The position numbers and the translations under genes are program-made. 64,000 nucleotides of DNA from Patescibacteria group bacterium (lineage in GTDB: Bacteria; Patescibacteriota; Patescibacteriia; Magasanikbacterales; GWA2-37-8), in assembly GCA_041661385.1 (NCBI GenBank), contig JBAZUP010000001.1, positions 704,907 through 768,906 on the forward strand. The letters run 5' to 3'. Shown here piece after piece: positions 17,545 to 25,555 of this stretch; position 1 is the first letter of the stretch; every line of letters begins with the position of its first letter. Below the pieces are notes generated by a model, which made no database searches, was not told the DNA's origin, and saw only the letters and a program-made list of their open reading frames with translations.

Positions 17545-17606
17545 AAAACATTCAAATGAACGTTTGAATGATATAACATTAAAAAAAGTTTGTCAAGAGA
17601 AAATAA

Positions 17607-17627
17607 AAACCGCCGTTTGGCGGGGTT
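17607..17627 (-). terminator. rho-independent terminator downstream of mntP (minus strand)
   Basis: aaccccgccaaacggcggtt hairpin followed by T-rich sequence on the minus strand. Confidence 0.55.
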
Positions 17628-17651
17628 AAAATAGAAAAAGATGCTTATTTT

Positions 17652-18206
17652 TTAATAAAGTAGAATTTTAAAGGCGAGGATAATAAGAATAATTGCTCCG
17701 ATAAGTTCAATCTTGTTTCCAAACAAGTGTCTATTTTTTGTGCCGAAGCATATTCCGACGAGGCAGAGAATAAATGTAATCAGTCCGATAATAGAAGATG
17801 CGAGTAAGGTATTTATTTTAATAAAATTGAAGGTTATTCCGACCACCAACGCATCAATACTGGTAGTAATGGCAAGTAAGGTAAGCACCTTTGTTTCGGC
17901 AAGGTGTTTTTCTTTGTTTAATTCATCTTGAGATGTTTTTTTAAAGGATTCGAATGCCATTTTGCAACCAAGTGAAAATAGCATTAAAAAACCGATGATG
18001 TTGCCGTATTTCACTAAATTTGATTTAAAACCGAACCCAAGCGCTAAGCCAATGATTGGCATAAAAAATTGAAAACCGCCAAAAAATAAAGCAATTTTAA
18101 GGGTTTGTTTAAAAGTTAACCGATGTAAAATGCTTGCGGCGATGGAAATAGCTACCGCATCAAGGGAAAGGCTGATTCCCGTCAGAATCATTTCTAATAA
18201 AGACAT
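17652..18206 (-). CDS. mntP: manganese efflux pump MntP (DUF204)
   Basis: Duplicated DUF204 motif (ISLSLDAVAISIA and SIDALVVGITF) with six TMs. The ATG at 18206 is the likely start; the track uses a TTG at 18215. Confidence 0.7.
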   Translation of the reverse strand: MSLLEMILTGISLSLDAVAISIAASILHRLTFKQTLKIALFFGGFQFFMPIIGLALGFGFKSNLVKYGNIIGFLMLFSLGCKMAFESFKKTSQDELNKEKHLAETKVLTLLAITTSIDALVVGITFNFIKINTLLASSIIGLITFILCLVGICFGTKNRHLFGNKIELIGAIILIILAFKILLY

Positions 18207-18321
18207 AGTCAGCAAATTATATCAGTATTTAGACAAATTTAAAACTCGTGTAAGTCTTGCCAATTAAGCCAATAAAATGCTACAATCCTGATGTTAATTC
18301 ATCATATTTTAGAATATAATT

Positions 18322-18588
18322 ATGTCGAATATTAAGAAAATCACAGTAAATCGCGATCTATGTATCGGCGCCGCTTCGTGTATCCTGGCTGCGAATACAG
18401 TGTTTGAGTTCGATGCCGAAAACAAAGCGACAATCATTCTCGGTGATGGAACTAAAGCTGCCGTAACAGAAAAAAGCAAACTTAAAGATCCTTCTGTAAC
18501 CGATGATACGCTTATCAAGGCCGCCCGCTCTTGTCCAACTAAAGCAATAATTTTGGAAGACGAAACCGGCAATCAGGTATACCCGTAA
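18322..18588 (+). CDS. ferredoxin, single-cluster type
   Basis: 88 aa, C..AASC....C...ARSCP Cys pattern typical of small mono-cluster ferredoxins. First gene of the hydrogenase cluster. Confidence 0.65.
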   Translation: MSNIKKITVNRDLCIGAASCILAANTVFEFDAENKATIILGDGTKAAVTEKSKLKDPSVTDDTLIKAARSCPTKAIILEDETGNQVYP

Positions 18589-18594
18589 TCACCA

Positions 18595-19830
18595 ATGAAA
18601 AAAATTGATTTTCTCATTATTGGCGGAGGGGCGGCCGGTACTACGGCCGCTGAAACTTTGCGTCAAAATAATAAAGACGCAAGTATTATTATTGTTTCCG
18701 ATGAACCGTACCGTTTTTATTCGAGAATTTTGATTTCTAAACCTTACTTTTTTTTGGAAAAAATTCCGTTTGAACAGGTGTGGTTGAAAACGGAAGCTTG
18801 GTATAGTGAAAATAAGATCGAGCTTTTGATGGGTCGTTCGGCAATTCATCTTGATCAAAAAAATAAAATTGTAAAATTAGACGACGGCACGGAAATTGTC
18901 TATGGTAAGTTGTTGCTCGCAGTCGGTGGTCATGCCCGCCGCTGGAATGTTTCGGGAGCTGATAAAAAAGGCGTGGGGTATCTGCGCAATTTGGAAGAAG
19001 CAAAAGAGATGATGAAAAATGTAAAAACCGCGAAACGCGCAATCGCGATTGGTTCCGGTTTTGTAAGTTTTGAGATTGCTGAAATTTTACGCAAGGCTGG
19101 TCTTGAAACTAGTATTGTCATGATGGAGCCGTATTATTGGTATCCGGTTTTTGATGAAGAGTTAGGAAAGTTTATTGAAAGAGCCATGGAAAAGGAAGGT
19201 GTAAAACTAATTCGCAAAGCGGAAGTTGCGGAAGTGCTTGGTAAAGATAAGGTAAAAGGCGTCTTATTAAAAGATGGATCTAAATTGGACTGCGAAGTGA
19301 TAGCGTGCGGTATTGGGTTAGATTATAACCTGGGTTGGGTGAAAGAGTCGGGAATTGAAACCAATCGCGGCATTTTAGCCAATGAGTATTTACAAACAAA
19401 TAATCCTGATATTTTTACCGCTGGGGATTGTTCTGAGTTTAATGATATAATTTTAAAAGAACGTATTCAGCTCGCGAATTGGGTAAATGCCCAAAGTCAG
19501 GGTACGGCGGCGGCATTAAACATGCTTGGAAAAAACGAGCCTTTCAAACTAGTATCATTTTATACCGCGCAGGCTTTTGGAATAAATATTTCCATGGTGG
19601 GAGATATTAAGGTCGGAGAGGGTAAGACGGTTATTTCTCGCGGCACACCGGAAGCAAATTCAATTGCCCGCATCATGATTAAGGATAATAAAATTGTCGG
19701 AGCAACGCTTTTAAATCGTACACCGGAATTATTTCAAATTTCAAAATTAATCGAGCAAAGGGTGGATGTTTCCGGACAGGAAAATAATCTTGCTGATGCA
19801 AATTTTAATCTAGCAACACTTATTTCATAA
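18595..19830 (+). CDS. FAD-dependent pyridine nucleotide-disulfide oxidoreductase (NAD(P)H:ferredoxin/rubredoxin reductase-like)
   Basis: GxGxxG FAD site (IIGGGAAGTTAA), a second dinucleotide fold (AIGSGFVSFEIA), and TAGDC near the C-terminal third. Confidence 0.65.
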   Translation: MKKIDFLIIGGGAAGTTAAETLRQNNKDASIIIVSDEPYRFYSRILISKPYFFLEKIPFEQVWLKTEAWYSENKIELLMGRSAIHLDQKNKIVKLDDGTEIVYGKLLLAVGGHARRWNVSGADKKGVGYLRNLEEAKEMMKNVKTAKRAIAIGSGFVSFEIAEILRKAGLETSIVMMEPYYWYPVFDEELGKFIERAMEKEGVKLIRKAEVAEVLGKDKVKGVLLKDGSKLDCEVIACGIGLDYNLGWVKESGIETNRGILANEYLQTNNPDIFTAGDCSEFNDIILKERIQLANWVNAQSQGTAAALNMLGKNEPFKLVSFYTAQAFGINISMVGDIKVGEGKTVISRGTPEANSIARIMIKDNKIVGATLLNRTPELFQISKLIEQRVDVSGQENNLADANFNLATLIS

Positions 19831-19834
19831 ATTT

Positions 19835-20311
19835 ATGCCCGAAGAAAGTAAAAAAATTAAAGTTGGCTGGTTTTCTTTTTCGTGTTGTGAAGATAATCTA
19901 GTAGTATTTACCGAGCTCATGAATGATCACTGGCAAGAATGGAAAAAACTTTTCGATTTTCGCCACGTCCGCGCCTTGCGTTCGGTAAATGTTTTAGATG
20001 AACTCGACATTGCTTTCATTGAAGGAGCGCTCGCTTCGCAAAAGCATGTTGATAAGGTTAAAGAAATTAGGGCCAAATCTAAAACGGTAGTCGCGGTTGG
20101 AGCTTGCGCAGTAACCGGCATGCCGGCCGGCCAACGCAATTATTTTTCCGAGGAACAAAAGAAAAATATTCAGTTTTTGGTGGATAAATTTGAAGCTTTG
20201 CCAAAAGTTTTGAAAGTTTCTGATGTGATTAAGGTAGACGCATCTGTCGGTGGCTGCCCCATGGATCCGAATAAATTTTTGGAGGCGGTTAAATTATTAG
20301 TTAAATCGTAA
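19835..20311 (+). CDS. [NiFe] hydrogenase small subunit, group 3 (NuoB/Oxidored_q6-like)
   Basis: 158 aa; proximal cluster Cys pattern (FSCCED...GACAVTGM...GGCPMDP). Confidence 0.7.
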   Translation: MPEESKKIKVGWFSFSCCEDNLVVFTELMNDHWQEWKKLFDFRHVRALRSVNVLDELDIAFIEGALASQKHVDKVKEIRAKSKTVVAVGACAVTGMPAGQRNYFSEEQKKNIQFLVDKFEALPKVLKVSDVIKVDASVGGCPMDPNKFLEAVKLLVKS

Positions 20312-20315
20312 TTTT

Positions 20316-21620
20316 ATGCATCAAGTTGATTTTGATTTAAATACCGGCGAACTGACTAAGGTTGAAGGTGCAGCAGAGCTTAATTTGCGAGTGCGAAATG
20401 GCAAAGTTGAATATGCCCATTTTGGCATTATTGAATATAAACGATTTTTTACTGAAGCGATGAAGGGCAAGCCGGTTGATGCGATTCCTCAGCTGGTCGC
20501 GCGTATTTGCGGCACTTGTTCAAACGCACACCTCCTTTGTTCAATTGAGGCCTGTGAACACGCTCTAGGAATCGTGCCGACCGAACAGACCAAATTTTTA
20601 CGACTACTTACCATGTACGGTCTAAATATCCGTGATCATGCGCTGCACCTGTATTTGTTCTGCATGCCCGATATTTTTGGTAAAGATTCATTCATGGATT
20701 TTGATGAAAATGATTCATTTCAAGATCAAATGCTTCATGATGCTTTTAATATAAAAGCGGTCGGTAATCAGCTAGCGATAATGGTCGCCGGCAGGTCTGT
20801 TCACGCTACTTACCCGGCGGTGGGTGGGTATTTGCATGTACCAACAAATAAAGAAGTTGAAGAAATAATTAAGAAATTGCGTTCGATTCGTCCGGCGGTA
20901 ATTAGGCTTATTAATTTTTTTGCGGAAAAAAATCCGTTTCACTTTGACCGGAAAACCGATTTTCTCGCTATGATTTCCGATCGTTGTGGTTTTATCGACG
21001 GAGTAATTAAATCGAGCACCGGTGAAGTAATTTCGAAAGAAAATTTTTCTAAACATCTCGAGCACACGGTACTTGAATACTCACAGGCTTCGGCTTATAA
21101 ATATAAGGGTCGACCATATATGGTCGGCGCACTTGGGCGCCTTAATATGGCGAGCGACCGATTGCATCCGAATACGAGAAAAGATGCCGGTTCAGCCATC
21201 AAACAATTTCCTTCTACCGACATATTTAAAAATAACCTTGCTCAGGCCATTGAAATTCTTCATGCAATTGATGATTCTATTGAAATTCTTACTAAGCGTG
21301 AGTTCAAGTTAGAACAGATTCCGGAAATTAAATACCGCGATGCGGTCGGAATTGGCGTCATTGAGGCGCCACGCGGACTTTTGTATCACAAAGTAACCGT
21401 TGGGGCAGATGGCCTTATAAAAGAAGGCGAAGTAGTGGTCCCAACTGGTCAGAACCAAACCAATATTGAAGAAGATATTACAACTTTGGTAAATGAAATG
21501 TTGCCCGACCACCCGTCGATGGAAAAAATAACCTTTGAAATTGAAAAACTTATTCGTGCCTATGACCCGTGTATGTCATGCGGCTCGCACTTCCTGAAGG
21601 TGAATGTAGATAAAGAGTAA
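20316..21620 (+). CDS. [NiFe] hydrogenase large (catalytic) subunit, group 3
   Basis: N-terminal L1 motif RICGTCSNAH and C-terminal L2 motif DPCMSCGSHF, the Ni-Fe ligating Cys pairs. 434 aa. Confidence 0.85.
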   Translation: MHQVDFDLNTGELTKVEGAAELNLRVRNGKVEYAHFGIIEYKRFFTEAMKGKPVDAIPQLVARICGTCSNAHLLCSIEACEHALGIVPTEQTKFLRLLTMYGLNIRDHALHLYLFCMPDIFGKDSFMDFDENDSFQDQMLHDAFNIKAVGNQLAIMVAGRSVHATYPAVGGYLHVPTNKEVEEIIKKLRSIRPAVIRLINFFAEKNPFHFDRKTDFLAMISDRCGFIDGVIKSSTGEVISKENFSKHLEHTVLEYSQASAYKYKGRPYMVGALGRLNMASDRLHPNTRKDAGSAIKQFPSTDIFKNNLAQAIEILHAIDDSIEILTKREFKLEQIPEIKYRDAVGIGVIEAPRGLLYHKVTVGADGLIKEGEVVVPTGQNQTNIEEDITTLVNEMLPDHPSMEKITFEIEKLIRAYDPCMSCGSHFLKVNVDKE

Positions 21621-21635
21621 AAATGAATTTAAAAA

Positions 21636-21659
21636 CCGCCTGAGAGGGCGGTTTTTTTA
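21636..21659 (+). terminator. rho-independent terminator after the hydrogenase large subunit
   Basis: aaaccgcc-tgagag-ggcggttttttt. Confidence 0.7.
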
Positions 21660-21955
21660 TCTCGCTATCGCTCAATCAATTAATTCATTTACTATATTTT
21701 CATTTTCTTTAGCCCTGCGCGGGCAGCGGATACTTTCATAACTGAAAGTAACCAAAGGTTTTGGGGAGATCGTCGATATAACCACTCGTTCGCGAGAACT
21801 CGGGATATCGACTTCCCCAAACCCCCGTTGGGGTAATTGTTTGGCCAACAAATCGTAGACCGAGCGCAAGTGAGCCGACAGGGGAGGCGAACTTCTAGCT
21901 CGGCAGTTTTTGACACCTTTTTGCTGCCAAAAAGGTGTGCCAGCCCGGCGAGGGC
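21659..21955 (+). ncRNA. candidate structured ncRNA or repeat element, copy B (homologous to 2210-2627)
   Basis: Same ordered conserved blocks as copy A. Stem ggggag..gtcgatat/atatcgac.ttcccc (21763-21779 with 21802-21817) covaries with copy A, and includes a plus-strand G.U pair. The distal hairpin gacaccttttt-gctgcc-aaaaaggtgtg covaries with copy A's cccc/gggg. Starts exactly at the upstream terminator T-tract. Confidence 0.45.
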
Positions 21956-21961
21956 AAATCT

Positions 21962-22327
21962 TTATTTTAAATATTTTTTTAGAAAATTCATTGCTTCAGT
22001 TTCAAGTATATTTGGCGGCAGTCCGTAAATTTTAATATCTTTTAGTTTGCCGATTTTTTGCAACCAGCGTAAATTCGCGTAGGCATCAAAATCGTGCATG
22101 GTGACATTGGGCGCTCGTTTGAAAGTTAACAAACTATTAAATATCATCGGCGACTTGATCCCAACCACCGTATCGATAATATATAAATTTTCCGGGACTT
22201 CCCATTCTTCGTTTGGATCAACGGTGATAAAATCAAAATCTTTAAAATGATTTTTAAGTTCGGTAATTATTTTTAGCGGCACTGAATCCATTTTTAAATC
22301 CGGATTGCCAAATACGAATACCTTCAT
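21962..22327 (-). CDS. hydrogenase maturation endopeptidase (HycI/HoxW-like)
   Basis: 121 aa; VFVFGNPDLKMDSVP / IIDTVVG / TMHDFD...IKIYGLPPNI resemble the HycI pattern (GVGN..GDDG.G, IVDA, TH.M, IQP). Confidence 0.55.
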   Translation of the reverse strand: MKVFVFGNPDLKMDSVPLKIITELKNHFKDFDFITVDPNEEWEVPENLYIIDTVVGIKSPMIFNSLLTFKRAPNVTMHDFDAYANLRWLQKIGKLKDIKIYGLPPNILETEAMNFLKKYLK

Positions 22328-23088
22328 ATTCCTTGATTTAAAAAGCCGATATTTTGCAGTGTGTATTTTTTTAGTATGGAGGCTTGTTTTTCGGAAATCA
22401 CCTCACAAGGTACGCTCCAATGGAAGGTTAGAATGTCTCCTATTTTAAGTTGTTCGATTTCTTCAGTCGACTCAAGTTTTCTGGTGAGTTTTTTCTTCTC
22501 CGCTTTGCCAAGGATATATTTATCACCGATTTGAATGAGTGGTTCGCTTTCTACCGTTATCGTTGGGCCGGATACTTCCAAAACTTTTCCCCAACTAATT
22601 CGGCAAGAGTCCAGTGATTCAAGATTATACTCAGTCGACATATTGCCAGTTCCTTTCCAAACATTGAAAACATGAAAGGAGTGGTGAGGTACGGCATGCA
22701 GGCGAATTTTATTTTCTAGCTTAGAAAAAGATTTCAGACCATTTTTTTTCTTTAATTCATGCTCTTCTACTAAGTTGCGATACAGCGCCTGGCGCTCAAC
22801 TTTATCGAGCAGTTCATTTCCTATCCAATAAGCTTCTACCACCCGTTCATCAAAGGGGTCCTTTATGCCGCTGGCATGAGCAATTAGTTCTAGGTACGGG
22901 TAAAGGGTATTAAAAGCCGACAGAATTTTTTCAAGACCTGGATCAGTCGCGCCTTCTTTTATATAGGCAAGCAGTTCGGAATTGGCATCGGGTCCGCAAT
23001 AATGCAAGCGGTTCGGCCCAAAAGCATAACGACTACAGCGCAGGATGCCGTCCATTATTTTTTGCGGATAGTCTAGAGTAAGTACCAT
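22324..23088 (-). CDS. hypothetical protein, co-transcribed with the hydrogenase maturation protease
   Basis: 254 aa, no motif I can assign. Its stop overlaps the downstream start by 4 nt (ATGA). Confidence 0.4.
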   Translation of the reverse strand: MVLTLDYPQKIMDGILRCSRYAFGPNRLHYCGPDANSELLAYIKEGATDPGLEKILSAFNTLYPYLELIAHASGIKDPFDERVVEAYWIGNELLDKVERQALYRNLVEEHELKKKNGLKSFSKLENKIRLHAVPHHSFHVFNVWKGTGNMSTEYNLESLDSCRISWGKVLEVSGPTITVESEPLIQIGDKYILGKAEKKKLTRKLESTEEIEQLKIGDILTFHWSVPCEVISEKQASILKKYTLQNIGFLNQGI

Positions 23089-23148
23089 ATAGCCCGACTA
23101 CTATAACACATTTTTATAAAAGTGAAAGCCACGCGCCGGAGCGCGTGG

Positions 23149-23589
23149 CTAGTTTTCCTCCTTTTCTATCAACACTCGGAAGTGCAGATAGAATCTATCT
23201 CCTGGTGCTACGGCGTGGCCGTAAATGTTGATGACCTTGAAGGCGTCGCCCTTGTCATCGGTCATAATGACGATGATTGGGCTGATTACCTTGAGGGTTT
23301 TGCCGAGAATTACCCGACAGTCGCCCTTGTGGCCATGGTGGTGCCGCCAGAAATCGGCGACAGTCGCTAGTGACCAACGGTCAGCGCCGATTTTGTCGGC
23401 ATATTCCCGTAGCCGGCGAACGGCATGGGGGAAGCAGTAGCGGAGCAATTGGGTGGTGGGTTCTCCACCATTCTTGACCAGCATACAAAGCCGGTCTAAG
23501 TGTTCACGGTCAATGTGACCGCGCATGTGCCTCCCTTCAGCACAGGGGAATGAATACAGCAGGAACAGTCTCTTGCCAGAAATTTCCAT
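23149..23589 (-). CDS. hypothetical protein in a composition-atypical (about 55% GC) islet next to tRNA-Gly
   Basis: 146 aa ORF with GGAGG 11 nt upstream and a plausible promoter. Local GC is well above the window background. His-rich segment WRHHHGHKGD. Confidence 0.4.
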   Translation of the reverse strand: MEISGKRLFLLYSFPCAEGRHMRGHIDREHLDRLCMLVKNGGEPTTQLLRYCFPHAVRRLREYADKIGADRWSLATVADFWRHHHGHKGDCRVILGKTLKVISPIIVIMTDDKGDAFKVINIYGHAVAPGDRFYLHFRVLIEKEEN

Positions 23590-23835
23590 TGTGGTTGTTT
23601 CCTCCCGAGGACTTTTACATCCTATAATATATTGCGTTTTGGTGCAAATTTAAACAACACGAACGAGCGAGCGAGGGAGTCTCACTCGCTCACTTCGTTC
23701 GCTCTCGCGGAAACCTTCGGGTTTCCGCGGGCCTTCCTCAGCAAGAAAGAAACTACGTTTCTTTCCATTTTCCTGTTCGCCTCCCGGTGTACGGTATAAT
23801 AAAATTACCCCCATAAATGGGAGTAATTTTATTAG

Positions 23836-23907
23836 AGCGGGCGACGGGAGTCGAACCCGTGTCACCAGTTTGGAAAACTGGGATAATAGCCGTTATATGA
23901 CGCCCGC
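23836..23907 (-). tRNA. tRNA-Gly (anticodon TCC)
   Basis: Minus-strand cloverleaf: acceptor GCGGGCG/CGCCCGC, anticodon stem CCAGT/ACTGG with loop TTTCCAA (anticodon UCC), T-arm CGGGT-TCGACTC-CCGTC. CCA is not encoded. Followed on the minus strand by a hairpin plus T-run terminator. Confidence 0.85.
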
Positions 23908-23958
23908 GAGGAGTGTCGCGATGAACAAAATTTATTTTGTTCAGCATGACCGACGAGC

Positions 23959-24067
23959 GGCTTCATATATCTCGCGATATATGATTCCGCGTCTCAATCA
24001 ATTTTTCATCTTTTCATTTCCGACGTAGGGCTTCATATATCTCGCGATATATGATTGCCCGCGTCTC
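23959..24067. repeat. two tandem copies (70-bp period) of a 38-bp repeat with an imperfect palindromic core upstream of tRNA-Gly(TCC)
   Basis: ggcttcatatatctcgcgatatatgatt(c/g)cc(c)gcgtctc at 23959-23997 and 24029-24067; core ATATAT-CTCGCG-ATATAT. Confidence 0.6.
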
Positions 24068-24162
24068 TTTCAATGTCGTTAAGTATATGAAAAAAAACTT
24101 AATTAGTCAAGATTATTGGGTTTTAACATTAAATTGAGCGGAAGCTGATTTTATGATAAAAT

Positions 24163-24906
24163 ATGGGTATGAAAATCACTTTTTTAGGTACAAATGGCTG
24201 GTATGATAGCGACACCGGCAATACCCCATCAATATTAATTGATACGAAGGATCATTATATAGTATTAGATGCTGGTTTTGGAATTGCGGATTTAAATACT
24301 TATTTAGTAGAAGATAAGCCGCTTTTTTTGTTTTTGAGTCATTTTCATCTTGATCACACTTGTGGTCTGCACACCCTCGGTAAACTTAAAGTAAAAGAAC
24401 TGACTATATTTGGGCAGAAAACACTGAAAAAATATTTAAAAATTCTTATTAATCATCCTTTTACAGCAACTTTTGATGAACTTGGATATAAAGTAAATTT
24501 GGTAGAACTGGCGCCTGGTAAACACGAGTTGCCGTTTGAGGTGTTTTGTTTGCCGCTTCAACATGTTGATCCGGCCATGGGCTACCGTTTTACTTTAGAA
24601 GGAAAAACAATTACCTATTGCTCAGATACTTCAATTTGTCCAAATGATTTGGAGTTATCACGCGATGTTGATCTTCTTATTCATGAATGTGCCTTTTTAC
24701 CTGGTCATAGCACAGCCTGGGGCCACACCAACCCTGAAGGAGCGGCCGGCATGGCAAAAGAAGCAAAAGTTAAAAAAATGATTCTTACTCATCTTGGAGC
24801 CGATCATTATAATACAATGGAAATGCGAAAAATTGCCGAAACTACCGCCCAAACAATTTTTCCTGAAACCTTGGTAGCGTATGATGGCTTAACGCTAGAG
24901 ATTTAG
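24163..24906 (+). CDS. MBL-fold metallo-hydrolase (RNase Z/beta-lactamase superfamily)
   Basis: HxHxDH motif LSHFHLDHTCGL plus downstream His/Asp ligands. An extended -10 (TGaTAAAAT, 24054-24062 on the local line, equal to 24154-24162) abuts the first ATG, so transcription probably begins at the second ATG (24169, MKITFLG...) as a leaderless mRNA. Confidence 0.7.
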   Translation: MGMKITFLGTNGWYDSDTGNTPSILIDTKDHYIVLDAGFGIADLNTYLVEDKPLFLFLSHFHLDHTCGLHTLGKLKVKELTIFGQKTLKKYLKILINHPFTATFDELGYKVNLVELAPGKHELPFEVFCLPLQHVDPAMGYRFTLEGKTITYCSDTSICPNDLELSRDVDLLIHECAFLPGHSTAWGHTNPEGAAGMAKEAKVKKMILTHLGADHYNTMEMRKIAETTAQTIFPETLVAYDGLTLEI

Positions 24907-24977
24907 CGTTACTTTCTTCCCCGGTTTTCGTATAATATCTTCGAGAGAGAAATTTGATATCAACTTCTCCTTAAAAT

Positions 24978-25550
24978 ATGGATCCTATCAAAGCGGCCGC
25001 CCTCGCGCGTGAATTTGAGGGTGGTAGTAAAGAAGCTTTTGGTGAGCTGTATGAAGCTTATTTAAAGCCGATTTACAATTTCGTCTATTATAAGACGCAT
25101 CACAAAGAAACAGCCGAAGAACTGACCGCTGAGGTTTTTTTAAAAGCCTATCGCTCGGTTAATTCTTATCATTCAGAAAAAGGCACTTTTCAGGCCTGGA
25201 TTTATCAGATTGCTCGCCACGCAATTATCGATCATTACCGTTCTAATAAAACGATTCTTAATATTGATGATGTTTGGGATTTGGGTAGTAAAGAAGATGT
25301 TGCGAAGGATATCGAAAATAAAATTATGTTGGAAAAAGTTCAGAAGTATATACAGGAATTACCATCTGAGCAAAGGGATATTATAATTTTACGAGTATGG
25401 CAGGATTTAAGCTATACAGAAATTGCGGAAATTATTGGAAAAAGCGAGGCAAGTTGTAAGATGACATTTTCGAGGGCCTTAAAAAAATTACGTACCTCTA
25501 TGCCAGAAGCTGCCTTTGCCTTAGTTCTGGCGCTGATTATTAGGAATTAA
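24978..25550 (+). CDS. ECF-type RNA polymerase sigma factor
   Basis: 190 aa; region 2 (YEAYLKPIYNFVYYKT...EELTAEVFLKAYRS...FQAWIYQIARHAIIDHYRS) and region 4 (LSYTEIAEIIGKSEASCKMTFSRALKKLR). Confidence 0.8.
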   Translation: MDPIKAAALAREFEGGSKEAFGELYEAYLKPIYNFVYYKTHHKETAEELTAEVFLKAYRSVNSYHSEKGTFQAWIYQIARHAIIDHYRSNKTILNIDDVWDLGSKEDVAKDIENKIMLEKVQKYIQELPSEQRDIIILRVWQDLSYTEIAEIIGKSEASCKMTFSRALKKLRTSMPEAAFALVLALIIRN

Positions 25551-25555
25551 AATAT

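Noticed and set aside
23650-23947. Two overlapping minus-strand ORFs of 64 and 71 aa across the tRNA-Gly(TCC) gene
   Set aside because: They overlap a well-formed tRNA and its terminator hairpins, so they are spurious.
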